This document shows positions 54,563-64,000 of a DNA stretch of 64,000 bases, one piece after another. The notes below the pieces were generated by a model. That model ran no database searches. It was not told where the DNA came from and saw only the letters and a list, made by a program, of their open reading frames with translations. Made by a program: the position numbers and the translations under genes. The first letter of the stretch is position 1; the number at the start of each line of letters is the position of its first letter. The stretch lies in NCBI GenBank assembly GCA_963767765.1, contig CAVYEX010000006.1:69225-133224 (forward strand). Direction: 5' to 3'. The stretch is from an uncultured Actinomycetota bacterium. GTDB lineage: Bacteria > Actinomycetota > Actinomycetes > Mycobacteriales > Mycobacteriaceae.

Positions 54563-55366
54563 ATGCCGGTTCCCGCTCCCAGTCCCGACGCACGCGCGGT
54601 TGTCACTGGAGCCTCGCAGAACATCGGCGAAGCGTTGGCCTCCGAACTCGCCGCCCGCGGCTACAGCCTGATCATCACCGCCCGACGCGAAGAGATCCTC
54701 AACGCCCTGGCCGCCCGGTTGACCGACCAGTACGGAGTGACCGTCGAGGTGCGACCGGCCGATCTGTCGGATTCCGATCAGCGAACGAAGCTTGCGGAGG
54801 AGCTCGCTGCCCGCCCAGTTTCCATCCTGTGCGCCAACGCCGGTACCGCGACATTCGGCCCGGTGTCAGCGCTCGACCCTGCTGCCGAAAAGGCCCAGGT
54901 GCAGCTCAATGCCCTGGCGGTGCACGACCTTGCCTTGGCGGTGCTGCCGGGAATGCTCGAGCGCCACGCCGGCGGGATTCTGATTTCCGGTTCGGCAGCG
55001 GGCAATTCGCCGATTCCCTACAACGCGACCTACGCCGCCACCAAGGCATTCGCGAACACCTTCAGCGAGTCGCTGCGCGGAGAACTGCGCGGCACGGGCG
55101 TGCACGTGACCCTGCTTGCTCCCGGTCCGGTGCGCACCGAACTTCCCGACTCGGACGACGCCTCGCTCGTCGAGAAACTGGTGCCGGGCTTTTTGTGGAT
55201 CGACACCCAGTACACCGCCAAGGCGTCACTGGATGCCCTGTCGCGCAACAAAATGCGGGTGGTGCCTGGAGTGACGTCCAAGGCGATGTCGGTGGCCAGC
55301 CAGTACGCTCCCCGCGCGATTGTGGCCCCAATCGTGGGGACCTTCTACAAGCGGCTGGGCGGGTAG
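54563..55366 (+). CDS. Short-chain dehydrogenase/reductase (SDR), Rv2509-like
   Basis: VVTGASQNIGEALA (TGxxxxxG) and YAATK (YxxxK) catalytic motif; 267 aa. Confidence 0.9.
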   Translation: MPVPAPSPDARAVVTGASQNIGEALASELAARGYSLIITARREEILNALAARLTDQYGVTVEVRPADLSDSDQRTKLAEELAARPVSILCANAGTATFGPVSALDPAAEKAQVQLNALAVHDLALAVLPGMLERHAGGILISGSAAGNSPIPYNATYAATKAFANTFSESLRGELRGTGVHVTLLAPGPVRTELPDSDDASLVEKLVPGFLWIDTQYTAKASLDALSRNKMRVVPGVTSKAMSVASQYAPRAIVAPIVGTFYKRLGG

Positions 55367-55370
55367 CGAC

Positions 55371-56981
55371 TCACCTACGCCGGCGTCGACCGGTGCCGAA
55401 AATACTGCGAGTGATCTCTCGCACTCCGGTGTTGAGCACACTTTTGACCGTCGAGTCATGCAGCACCTGCTCGAGCATGCTGGGGCCCCTGGGCTCGGCC
55501 GGCGCGGGCATCGGCGGCACCTCGGTGTCGGCGGGCAGAGGCGGCAGATCCGCCGGGGCCGGCGACTGCGCCGGTGCCGGCAGCGTCTCGGTTTCAGCGG
55601 GAGGCGACAACTTGTCATTCAGACGCTCGTAAGCCGACTCGCGGTCAATGGTCTGACCGTATTCCGCCTGCAGCGGGCTGGATTTGGCGGCGGCGGCAAT
55701 GGCGTCCGAGCCGATAGCACCCATCTGCGACCGCGGGACGCGCATCCGGGTCCACGCGACCGGCGTGGGCGCTCCGCGCTCAGAGAGGACGGTGACGACA
55801 GCCTCGCCGATTCCCAACGACGTCAAAGCCGATTCCAGGTCGTAGATCTTCGTTTTCGGATACGTGCGGACGGTTCTGGCCAGTGCCTTCTGGTCATCGG
55901 GGGTGAAGGCGCGCAACGCGTGCTGAATACGCGCTCCGAGCTGGGACAGCACTTCGTTGGGTAGGTCGGTCGGCAGTTGGGTGCAGAAGAACACTCCGAC
56001 GCCCTTGGAGCGGATCAGCTTGACGGTCTGCTCGACTTGCTCGAGGAAGGCCTTCGATGCGTCGGTGAACAGCAGATGCGCCTCGTCGAAGAAAAAGACC
56101 AATCTGGGTTTGTCCAGATCACCGACTTCCGGCAGGAACGTGAACAAGTCCGCTAGCACCCACATCAGGAAGGTAGAGAACAGTATCGGCCGGGAAGCCT
56201 GTTCACCGAGCTCGAGCAGCGATATGAGGCCTCGCCCTTGATCGTCAAGCCGCAACAGGTCGTCTGGTTTCAGCTCCGGTTCGCCGAAGAAAGTGTCCGC
56301 GCCTTCGGCTTCCAGATTGACCAGCGCCCGCAGAATGACCCCGGCCGTGGTCGGCGACACCGCCCCGAGCGCTTTCAACTCCGGCTTGCCCTCGTCACTC
56401 GTCAGATAACTGATGACCGAACGCAAATCCTTCAGGTCGAGCAGCGCCAGTCCTTTTTGGTCGGCCCAGTGAAAGATCAGACCGAGAGTCGACTCTTGAG
56501 TTGCGTTCAGCCCCAGGACTTTCGATAACAAGATTGGCCCGAAGCTGGAGATGGTGGCACGTACCGGCACACCGATCCCGCTGGTGCCCAAAGACAAAAA
56601 CTCGACGGGATAGCTGGTGGGCACCCAGTCATCTCCGGTGTCCTTGGCTCGGGCGGTGGTTTTGTCGCTGGCCTGCCCCGCCCGGGCAAGGCCGGACACG
56701 TCCCCCTTGACGTCGGCCATCAGTACCGGTACACCCGCGGCCGACAACTGCTCGGCAATCAATTGCAACGTCTTGGTCTTGCCGGTCCCTGTCGCCCCGG
56801 CGACCAACCCGTGCCGGTTGATGGTGGCCAGCGGTATCGCGATCTGCGCGGCCGGATCGGCCACGCCGTCGACGACTACCGTGCCGAGCTGCAGCGCCTG
56901 ACCTTCGGAGGCGTATCCGGCCGCGATCTGCTGGGCGGCGGTTGCTGCCGAGTTGGTGCTAGGAGTCGATTCAGCGCTCAT
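55371..56981 (-). CDS. HerA-like / DUF853 P-loop ATPase (Rv2510c-like)
   Basis: Walker A GATGTGKTKT; FFDEAHLLF (Walker B-like); Pro/Ala-rich segment and basic GRRRRR C-terminus; 536 aa. Confidence 0.82.
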   Translation of the reverse strand: MSAESTPSTNSAATAAQQIAAGYASEGQALQLGTVVVDGVADPAAQIAIPLATINRHGLVAGATGTGKTKTLQLIAEQLSAAGVPVLMADVKGDVSGLARAGQASDKTTARAKDTGDDWVPTSYPVEFLSLGTSGIGVPVRATISSFGPILLSKVLGLNATQESTLGLIFHWADQKGLALLDLKDLRSVISYLTSDEGKPELKALGAVSPTTAGVILRALVNLEAEGADTFFGEPELKPDDLLRLDDQGRGLISLLELGEQASRPILFSTFLMWVLADLFTFLPEVGDLDKPRLVFFFDEAHLLFTDASKAFLEQVEQTVKLIRSKGVGVFFCTQLPTDLPNEVLSQLGARIQHALRAFTPDDQKALARTVRTYPKTKIYDLESALTSLGIGEAVVTVLSERGAPTPVAWTRMRVPRSQMGAIGSDAIAAAAKSSPLQAEYGQTIDRESAYERLNDKLSPPAETETLPAPAQSPAPADLPPLPADTEVPPMPAPAEPRGPSMLEQVLHDSTVKSVLNTGVREITRSIFGTGRRRRR

Positions 56982-57079
56982 GATGCCGCGTGCCTCTCTG
57001 CCGCAGTACTGCGGGCGAACCTGACATTACTGGCACCGGCACCGGGCAACTCAGATTTGGCGGCTAACCTGGGCCTACT

Positions 57080-57736
57080 GTGAGCGCTGTGCGGGACGAA
57101 CTGGTATGGATCGACTGCGAGATGACCGGGCTGAATCTGGGCTCGGACAAGTTGATCGAAATCGCGGCTCTGGTCACCGACGCCGACTTGAATATCCTCG
57201 GCGACGGGGTCGACGTCGTGATCCACGCCGACGACGCTGCGCTGTCGTCGATGATCGACGTCGTCGCCGAGATGCACACCCGTTCGGGCCTGATCGAAGA
57301 GGTCAAAGCTTCGACCGTCGACCTCGCGACGGCGGAGACGATGGTGCTCGACTACATCCGGGAACACGTCAAACAGCCCAAGACGGCGCCGTTGGCCGGC
57401 AATTCGATCGCCACCGATCGGGGTTTTATCGCCCGTGACATGCCGGCGCTCGATTCGTTTCTGCATTACCGGATGATCGACGTCAGCTCTATCAAGGAAT
57501 TATGCCGACGCTGGTATCCGCGGATCTACTTCGGTCAGCCGGTCAAAGGACTAGCGCACCGAGCGCTGGCTGACATCGAGGAATCGATCCGAGAGTTGCA
57601 GTATTACCGGCGCACCGCGTTCGTACCTCCACCTGGGCCCGCTACCAGCGATATCGCGGCGATCGCCGCAGAGCTCGGTGCCCCGGCGGGCGCAATTGGC
57701 CGAATCGATTCGGCTGCCGAGCACCCGAGCGGTTAG
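57080..57736 (+). CDS. orn: Oligoribonuclease
   Basis: [34 protein letters not shown] is the DEDDh exonuclease motif I; [18 protein letters not shown] is motif III. Confidence 0.94.
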   Translation: MSAVRDELVWIDCEMTGLNLGSDKLIEIAALVTDADLNILGDGVDVVIHADDAALSSMIDVVAEMHTRSGLIEEVKASTVDLATAETMVLDYIREHVKQPKTAPLAGNSIATDRGFIARDMPALDSFLHYRMIDVSSIKELCRRWYPRIYFGQPVKGLAHRALADIEESIRELQYYRRTAFVPPPGPATSDIAAIAAELGAPAGAIGRIDSAAEHPSG

Positions 57737-57791
57737 TATCGACGTCGCCGCTGATCCGCTTCGCCCTGCTGGGCGAACGGCTGGCGGCGAT

Positions 57792-57868
57792 GGTGAGTGT
57801 AGTTCAGTTGGTAGAGCACCAGGTTGTGATCCTGGAAGTCGCGGGTTCGAGCCCCGTCACTCACCCCA
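57792..57868 (+). tRNA. tRNA-His (anticodon GUG), with encoded G-1 and CCA
   Basis: g-gtgagtgtagttcagttggtagagcaccaggttgtgatcctggaagtcgcgggttcgagccccgtcactcac-c-cca. Anticodon loop uuGUGau. Confidence 0.95.
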
Positions 57869-57914
57869 AAATAAGACACCCGCGGGAATTGCGTTGAGCG
57901 CGTCCGGTCTTGCG

Positions 57915-60152
57915 TCAGCGCCGACCCCATTCGGTGCCCATGTTGTCGTCGGTGATCGTGGGCACACCTCTGGTGCGAGACAGGATGCCGTCGCGCGTTT
58001 CGAGGTTCAGGCCAGTTGGCTTGGCGGGACCGTAACCGGCCGACAGAGAGTCGGCTAAGCCCACGACTTTTGCCAAGCGCGTTTGCTGCCTCGAGTCGGC
58101 AAGGTCGAACACGGGCCTGCCTTCGATGCGGTACTCGCGCAACACGCGCTCCCAGCGCTGGCGGTCGAAGGCAATAGGAGAGTCGCTGACGGCCATGAAA
58201 TTGATGAAGCGCAGTGCATATGGATATTCCAGCGCGCCGGTGCGCTGCGCTTCGTCCGACCCGGTTGTGTTGTAGAAGAACACCCCGCCACGGTTGAGGT
58301 GGCCGCGGACAAGTCTCAGGAACTCCGTCGAAAGCAGATTAGTGGCGTTTGCGCGCCAATTGAAGGTGGTGTTCATCACGATGAAGTCGAACTTGCGCTC
58401 GGGGTTGCGGGCAAGCCAGCGCCGGCCGTCATCGATCACGGTCGTCATTTTGGGGTTCTTCAGCACGCCGGCCTCGCCGGGGTACTGCGGAATCACCTTT
58501 AGATAGGCCGGGTTGATTTCGACCGTGGTCAGCTTGTCAAGCTGAGGATGGTTGGCGATCACCTGTGCCCAGGAACCGGAGGAGAGCCCGACCATCAGCA
58601 CGTCGCGGGGCGACTCGTGCAGCAGACTGAGGGCGTAGGCGCGGACAATCATGTTGCGGTCGTTCACGAGGTCGGTGGAGAAAACGCCGTCGTAGACGCC
58701 GCCGCCCTGAATCTCCCCGTCTTGCGTGACACTGACCACGCCACTTTTGTTTTCCTCCAAATGCGCAAAGCGCTGCCCCGCATACTTCTGCTTGAAGTAC
58801 AGCCGCTCATAGACACCGTCGAAAAGCCGAGGCTGCACGACGGCAATCGCGACGGCAATCAGGGCGATGGCGGCGGCGCGCGTGGTCAACAGATTTCCAT
58901 TGCGCATCCGGTGATCGGCGGCTAGCAGCAGCACCAGCGAAAGTGCAATGCCGAGCAGCGCAAGAAAAAGCGAGATGCCGCCCAAACTCCAATGGTCCAT
59001 CAGCACAAAGCCCGTGATAAGGCTGCCCAGCGCCGAGCCCACGATGTTGGCGAGGTACAGGTAGCTCAATCCTTCGCCCGCGCGGGCGTCCGGCGTAATG
59101 GCGATATGGCAGATCAGCGGGAACGTCGCGCCCAGCAAGCCCGCGGCGACGGCCACCAGCGGAAATGAAACCCCCCAGTGCAGCGCGCAGCCGATCAGCG
59201 CTGCCGCGGGCACCAGCAGATAGCTGGCAAGATTGGCAAACAATACGAAGCCGGACAGCGAAGCCACCTGCTTCGCCGCCGCCGATTCCCGGCAGAAGCG
59301 GCGGCTGCCAAGTGAGCCGAGCGCAATGCCGAGCAGGTAGCAGCCCAGCAGTAGCGCAAAAGCCCGCGCGATGCCTCCCGATGAGAACGAGTAAACGCGA
59401 TACCACAAGATTTCATAGCTCAGCGCGATGTAGCCGCAGAGCGCCGAAAGCAGCAGCGCAAACCAGAAACCGCGAGTGTTGAAGTGCGTTGGCGGCGCGC
59501 CATGCGCAAGGTCGGACCTGGGCGATTTCATCTGCACGACCAGGGCGCCGCCACCGACGACCGCATTGATGCAACAGGCGAACGTGACAGCGCCCTGCTG
59601 TCCCAAAAAGCGCATCAGAAAGGAGGCCACGAGGAAACAGGCAAAGGCGCTGCCCAGGGTGTTGACGAAGTACAGCAGTCCGACGCTGCGTCCCACGTTG
59701 CCCGAATGCTGCACAAGGTGCGCCGTGAGAAGAGGCAGCGTGGCACCCATCAACAGCGTGGGAACCAGCACCAGCAGGAACGTGAACAGCGCCGTCAGCG
59801 GCGCGCTCATTCGGAGGGTCAACTCGCCCACAGCGTGAAACAAGCTCAGCGAGAAATACCCGAAGACGCCGGTACCGAGTTCCACCGCGGCGAACACGCC
59901 CAGCAGCGGTAGGCGCAGCCGCGACAGCCGGCCACCCGCGAAGCTGCCGATGCCCAGCCCGAGCATGAAGGCCGTCACCACCACGGTGACGCTTTCGACA
60001 TTGATGCCATAGATCGTGAACAGCGAGCGCTGCCAGACAAGCTGATAGATCAGCGCCGGGATACCTGAACAGAAGAAGATGGCGCAGATCAGCGCCAGGC
60101 TCGTGCGTGGGGTTGTTGCCGACCGATCACGGATAAGGGCAGACGGCCTCAC
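57915..60152 (-). CDS. Fused polytopic membrane (MFS-like) / spermidine synthase-like aminopropyl- or methyltransferase-fold protein
   Basis: The N-terminal ~480 aa have about 12 TM segments starting [24 protein letters not shown]. The C-terminal SpeE-like Rossmann domain reads [34 protein letters not shown]...[12 protein letters not shown] 60152 overlaps the ldtB TGA (GTGA); the track start 60359 lies inside ldtB. Confidence 0.8.
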   Translation of the reverse strand: MRPSALIRDRSATTPRTSLALICAIFFCSGIPALIYQLVWQRSLFTIYGINVESVTVVVTAFMLGLGIGSFAGGRLSRLRLPLLGVFAAVELGTGVFGYFSLSLFHAVGELTLRMSAPLTALFTFLLVLVPTLLMGATLPLLTAHLVQHSGNVGRSVGLLYFVNTLGSAFACFLVASFLMRFLGQQGAVTFACCINAVVGGGALVVQMKSPRSDLAHGAPPTHFNTRGFWFALLLSALCGYIALSYEILWYRVYSFSSGGIARAFALLLGCYLLGIALGSLGSRRFCRESAAAKQVASLSGFVLFANLASYLLVPAAALIGCALHWGVSFPLVAVAAGLLGATFPLICHIAITPDARAGEGLSYLYLANIVGSALGSLITGFVLMDHWSLGGISLFLALLGIALSLVLLLAADHRMRNGNLLTTRAAAIALIAVAIAVVQPRLFDGVYERLYFKQKYAGQRFAHLEENKSGVVSVTQDGEIQGGGVYDGVFSTDLVNDRNMIVRAYALSLLHESPRDVLMVGLSSGSWAQVIANHPQLDKLTTVEINPAYLKVIPQYPGEAGVLKNPKMTTVIDDGRRWLARNPERKFDFIVMNTTFNWRANATNLLSTEFLRLVRGHLNRGGVFFYNTTGSDEAQRTGALEYPYALRFINFMAVSDSPIAFDRQRWERVLREYRIEGRPVFDLADSRQQTRLAKVVGLADSLSAGYGPAKPTGLNLETRDGILSRTRGVPTITDDNMGTEWGRR

Positions 60153-61363
60153 GTTTTGGCGTTGCCGGCGTGCCACTGATCCCAGGGGATATTCCAATCG
60201 CCGAGCCCATCTGTGCCCGGCAGCGTCGAACCGACGGTGTGAATCACCTGTACGACGTCGCCGCGCTTGGAGTGGTCGTAGAACCAGATGGCGTTGCTGG
60301 GACTGACGTTGATACAGCCGTGGCTGGTGTTGCTGTAGCCCTGGGCGCCGACCGACCATGGCGCGGAGTGCACAAAGACCCCGCTGTAAGAAATCTGGGT
60401 GGCCCAGTCGACATCGGTGCGATACCCGTTGGGCGAGTTGACCGGTACGCCGTACGTCGACGAGTCCATGATGATGTGCTTGTACCGCTCGCCGACCAGG
60501 TAGGTGCCGTTGGCGGTCGGCGTGCTGTCCTTACCCATCGAGATCGGCATTGTCTTGACGACCTCGCCGTTGATCCGCACGGTCAGGGTCTTGGTGTCGT
60601 CGTCGGCGGTCGAGATCACCTCGTCGCCGACGGTGAAGTGGGTGTTGACGTTGTCCTCGCCGAAGAGGCCATCACCCAGATCGACGCCGTAAGTGTTGAC
60701 CGCGACGCTGACAGCCGTTCCCGGCTTCCAGAATTCTCTGGGACGCCACCGCACCTCACGATTGTTGAGCCAGTAGAACGCGCCCTCGACCGGCGGATCT
60801 GTCTTGACGGCGATCACCTTTTCCGCCGCGGCCCGGTTAGCGATGTTCTCGTCGAAGCGGATCGCGACCGGCGCCCCGACACCGACCACTTCTCCGTCGA
60901 GCGGCAGCACATACGGCATGGTGAGGTCTTGCGGAGACTGTGTCTCGAAGGTCATCTGCGCGCCGGCCACCCCGCCCAGACCGCGTGCCTTGGCAGACAA
61001 GGTGTAGCGCCGATTGAAGCCGAGCGGTTCGGTAGTCGACCAGCGCACGCTGTCTGGGCTCAGTTGGCCGTTCACCGGCCTGCCGTTCTCGTTGACCAGC
61101 GTGACCTCGGCCAACACACCGTCATCGGCGGCCACGGTCACCGGTGTGTCCACCGGGACCCCGACGGCGCCGTCGCTGACCGAGGCCGTCAGCTTGGGAA
61201 CCAAGAGGTCGCTGAAGGGGCTGGCCTTATCAAAAATGACCTTTTCCGGCGCGCCGCCGCTATCACTGCTGCACCCGCCGACACCCAGCACGAGCACCGG
61301 AATCATGCCCGCAGCCAGCCAGAATCGATGCCTGCGCGCACGCGCCATCGAACGAATTACCAT
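60149..61363 (-). CDS. ldtB: L,D-transpeptidase LdtB (LdtMt2/LppS-like lipoprotein)
   Basis: Lipobox LGVGGC; YkuD catalytic region [35 protein letters not shown]; 404 aa against the remembered 408 aa for Rv2518c. Confidence 0.93.
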   Translation of the reverse strand: MVIRSMARARRHRFWLAAGMIPVLVLGVGGCSSDSGGAPEKVIFDKASPFSDLLVPKLTASVSDGAVGVPVDTPVTVAADDGVLAEVTLVNENGRPVNGQLSPDSVRWSTTEPLGFNRRYTLSAKARGLGGVAGAQMTFETQSPQDLTMPYVLPLDGEVVGVGAPVAIRFDENIANRAAAEKVIAVKTDPPVEGAFYWLNNREVRWRPREFWKPGTAVSVAVNTYGVDLGDGLFGEDNVNTHFTVGDEVISTADDDTKTLTVRINGEVVKTMPISMGKDSTPTANGTYLVGERYKHIIMDSSTYGVPVNSPNGYRTDVDWATQISYSGVFVHSAPWSVGAQGYSNTSHGCINVSPSNAIWFYDHSKRGDVVQVIHTVGSTLPGTDGLGDWNIPWDQWHAGNAKT

Positions 61364-61514
61364 CTGGCTTGCTTTCCCTCACGACCCGACCAACTTGTAA
61401 ACTCGCCAGTAGTCTAAGGCCACTTGGCTGGCTGCTTTGTGACGTATGCCGGTGTCCCGACGAGATTCGCCCCCGGCATACGGAGCCTGTTATGGTCGCG
61501 TGGCTGAAAGACTA

Positions 61515-61587
<73 letters not shown>

Positions 61588-61608
61588 CTTCGCGAGAGAG
61601 AAACGCTG

Positions 61609-62226
61609 TCAGCGCCGCGACTTCGGGCTCAGCGGTTCCCCTGGCACAGGGACGTGGGGCCGCTCGGCGCGGTTGCCGACATAGTCCATGGCTGCGAACA
61701 ACAGTCCCGACGCCAGAAACGTCAGGTGCAAATACACCATCCACCGCAGCCGGGCCGGGTCCACCGGAGTTTCCGGCTGGCTCAAGTTGATGAAGCCGCG
61801 CAGCAATGAAATCGCGGAGATCGCCACGATCGAGCCGATCAGCTTCATCTTGAGGCCGGAGAAATCCAGCGTTCCCATCCAGCCGGGCCGGTCGTGGGTG
61901 TCCTTGGTGTCGATCTTGGAGACGAAGTTTTCGTAGCCGGAGAAGATGACAATCACGACGAGGTTGCCCGCCAGTGAGAGGTCGATCAGTGAGAGCACTG
62001 CGAGGATCACTTGTTCGGGGTCCAGATGCAGAAAGTGCTCCAACTCGGGCAGCATGCTGGCGAGTTCCCCGATGAAAGCTCCCAGCAGCACCAACAGCGA
62101 CAGCACCAGTCCGAGATAGAAGGGCGCCAGCAGCCAGCGCGACTTGAACAGTGTCCCTTCTAAAACCTTTTCGAACAGGTTGCTGTGGTGAGCCGACGGT
62201 CCGCTCAACGGTGCCCGGTCAGTCAT
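61609..62226 (-). CDS. YqhA/UPF0114-family membrane protein
   Basis: FEKVLEGTLFKSRWLLAPFYLGLVLSLLVLL... is typical UPF0114. Start ATG 62226 (MTDRAPLSGP). Confidence 0.75.
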   Translation of the reverse strand: MTDRAPLSGPSAHHSNLFEKVLEGTLFKSRWLLAPFYLGLVLSLLVLLGAFIGELASMLPELEHFLHLDPEQVILAVLSLIDLSLAGNLVVIVIFSGYENFVSKIDTKDTHDRPGWMGTLDFSGLKMKLIGSIVAISAISLLRGFINLSQPETPVDPARLRWMVYLHLTFLASGLLFAAMDYVGNRAERPHVPVPGEPLSPKSRR

Positions 62227-62348
62227 CAATCGTGCCCGCGTCCTGCGGGAAACCTCGTAAAGTGGGCCATGCTGAAGCCATAGCTCACAATAACGGCATC
62301 TTTGCCGGCGCACGCACTAATCGATAGGCGGTAACCGAACGAAACAGG

Positions 62349-62576
62349 TCAGCGGTCGCGGACTCGTCGAACCACGATCACCGCCACCAAAGCGCCGAGC
62401 CCGGCCAGCGACACCGCCACCGCGGGCGTCTTGACGAACGCGATCACGCGGGCTTTGGCGTCGTCGGCGATGCGGCGCGGGTTGGCGCGCTCAGCGAGCG
62501 AGTCGACGGTGGTGGCCAGCTGTTCGCGAGCCCGGTCGATATCCTGCTTGATGCTGTCGGGGTCGCGCTCGGCCAC
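62349..62576 (-). CDS. DUF3618-type small membrane-anchored protein (Rv2520c-like)
   Basis: MAERDPDSIKQDIDRAREQLATTVDSLAERANPRR, then a C-terminal TM; 75 aa, as remembered for Rv2520c. Confidence 0.8.
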   Translation of the reverse strand: MAERDPDSIKQDIDRAREQLATTVDSLAERANPRRIADDAKARVIAFVKTPAVAVSLAGLGALVAVIVVRRVRDR

Positions 62577-62694
62577 GCTCGTCCTCCCTGTCCTGCCGCA
62601 CTGGGGCGGTCTCGCTCCTAGGTCGGTGCCTGCCGCCCTACCCTAGATCAGCGGGAGTCAATCCTGACTCGCCGGTGAACAGAAAGGGACCTCC

Positions 62695-63171
62695 TTGACC
62701 GACACCGCTCGCCTTGCCCCTGGCGACAAAGCGCCCGCGTTCCGCCTGCCCGACGCCGACGGCAACACCGTGTCGCTGGCCGACTACCAGGGACGTCGAG
62801 TCGTCGTCTACTTCTACCCCGCCGCATCGACACCCGGCTGCACGAAAGAAGCCTGCGACTTCCGCGACAACCTGCTCGAGCTCAACGAGGCGGGCATCGA
62901 CGTCGTCGGCATTTCTCCGGACAAGCCCGAGAAGCTGGCGAAATTCCGGGACGCCGAGGCGTTGACCTTTCCGCTGCTGTCCGACCCTGACCGCAACGTG
63001 CTGACGGCCTACGGCGCGTACGGCGAGAAGAAGATGTACGGCAAGACGGTGCAGGGCGTCATTCGCTCGACGTTCGTCGTCGACGAGAAGGGCAAGATCG
63101 CCGTCGCCCAGTACAACATCAAAGCGACCGGCCACGTGGAGAAGCTGCGCCGCGAGCTGGCGACAACCTGA
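62695..63171 (+). CDS. bcp: Thioredoxin-dependent thiol peroxidase (Bcp, atypical 2-Cys peroxiredoxin)
   Basis: VVVYFYPAASTPGCTKEACDFRD (PxxxTxxC peroxidatic Cys context); TTG start after an aaaggga RBS. Confidence 0.93.
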   Translation: MTDTARLAPGDKAPAFRLPDADGNTVSLADYQGRRVVVYFYPAASTPGCTKEACDFRDNLLELNEAGIDVVGISPDKPEKLAKFRDAEALTFPLLSDPDRNVLTAYGAYGEKKMYGKTVQGVIRSTFVVDEKGKIAVAQYNIKATGHVEKLRRELATT

Positions 63172-63285
63172 CTGAAGTAACGTCCTTCCGCCAGACTTGC
63201 TCGATTCAAGCTCTGACGGAGCACAACCGACCCTACAGTCGTACGGCGGATCCGCTGAGCCGTTCACCCGTTGGGAGCATTGCTG

Positions 63286-64000
63286 ATGAGTTGGTGGGTT
63301 GCGAACTACGTCCCGTCATGGTTGCTGCTCACCGGCCTGATCGTGCTCGTTGCGGGCGGAGCGATGTTGCTTCAGAGATACGTGCGTCGGCGATTCCCAG
63401 TCCTCACAGGTGACGCGCACAACGACGTCACCAAGTTCACCTACGGCTTCATCGGCTTCCTCTACGCCTTCTTCATCGGATTCGTCGTCTCCTCCATGTG
63501 GGGTCAGAACAACGCCGCAGACAGCAACGCACGCGCGGAGGGCGCAGCAGCGGTGCAGATGGCCGCAGACACAACCGTTTTCGATACGGCTGATAGGGAT
63601 CGCGTCCGGCGGGCTTTGCTGACGTATGAACATGCCGCCATCGCTGAATGGCCACGTGCCGGGAACAGTCGTTCAGCAGATGCCGATACCGCGCTCGCCC
63701 ACCTATATCAGGCCTACGCTGGAGTAGCCGCCAAATCGGACACCCAAAGAACGCTGCTCGCGACGTCCTTTGCCAACCTCGACAAGATCAGCCAGGCCCG
63801 CACGGTGCGACTACTCACTGCTCGCGAAGACGCCGGACTCCCCTGGCCGTTCTGGACGGTCATCTTCTTGACGAGCAGTCTGGCTCTTGGGACCGTGATC
63901 ATCTACGGGGTTGAAAGACCCGTCCTGCACTACCCGATGGTGGCCATCGTCGGGGTCATCGTCGCCACCAACCTCTTCCTCGTTTTGGAACTCGCATACC
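63286..64000 (+). CDS. DUF4239-like membrane protein, C-terminus beyond right window edge
   Basis: Not in the track (runs off the edge). My translation: MSWWVANYVPSWLLLTGLIVLVAGGAMLLQRYVRRRFPVLTGDAHNDVTKFTYGFIGFLYAFFIGFVVSSMWGQ...LPWPFWTVIFLTSSLALGTVIIYG... A gggag RBS lies 8 nt upstream. Family assigned from memory only. Confidence 0.6.
   Translation, partial: MSWWVANYVPSWLLLTGLIVLVAGGAMLLQRYVRRRFPVLTGDAHNDVTKFTYGFIGFLYAFFIGFVVSSMWGQNNAADSNARAEGAAAVQMAADTTVFDTADRDRVRRALLTYEHAAIAEWPRAGNSRSADADTALAHLYQAYAGVAAKSDTQRTLLATSFANLDKISQARTVRLLTAREDAGLPWPFWTVIFLTSSLALGTVIIYGVERPVLHYPMVAIVGVIVATNLFLVLELAY

Noticed and set aside
55371-56981. HerA-like P-loop ATPase as a possible anti-phage defence component
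   Set aside because: There is no nuclease, Sir2 or other effector partner next to it. It is flanked by housekeeping SDR and orn genes in what I remember as the conserved Rv2509-Rv2511 arrangement.

Overview
High-GC Mycobacterium chromosomal segment. As far as I remember H37Rv gene order, it is collinear with the M. tuberculosis interval Rv2450c (rpfE) to Rv2521 (bcp). I support 54 CDS (most on the minus strand), one start-less paralogue, 5 tRNAs (Pro-UGG, Gly-UCC, Arg-UCU, His-GUG, Lys-CUU), three MIRU-like intercistronic repeats, several hairpins/terminators and one clear TetR-type operator. Recognisable core genes in order: S9 peptidase, rpfE, mobA, korBA, MFS, clpX, clpP2/clpP1, tig, lipP-like esterase, nei, rpiB, DsbA-like Rv2466c homologue, pepN, DUF5130 plus a small membrane protein, HNH nuclease, glbO, aglA, giant NAD-GDH, ettA, SSB-like protein, plsB/plsC/WS-DGAT, echA14. 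These are followed by a leucine-catabolic operon (accD1-accA1-fadE19-maoC-citE) with a divergent TetR (bkaR-like), then orn, ldtB and bcp. I found no CRISPR array, transposase, integrase, rRNA or convincing defence system. The many long antisense ORFs in the track are GC-driven shadow ORFs. The parts that differ from the remembered H37Rv layout, and the most interesting ones, are listed here. (1) A lower-GC fused MFS/spermidine-synthase-like gene sits between tRNA-His and tRNA-Lys, and its GTG start overlaps the ldtB stop codon. (2) A tandem trio of small secreted paralogues shares an AQAQ signal-peptide end and lies between lipP and nei; one has a poly-Gly tail and one has no start codon. (3) MIRU-like elements bridge gdh to a thioesterase gene and tig to clpP1 with overlapping start/stop codons. 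(4) An AT-rich ~0.7 kb non-coding island and a structured leader with an attenuator-like hairpin lie upstream of rpfE. (5) A low-GC FAD-oxidoreductase gene sits in a small accessory cluster with a second L,D-transpeptidase, a Pro/Ala-rich secreted protein and a MarR regulator. All family assignments come from reading the translations by eye; no searches were run.
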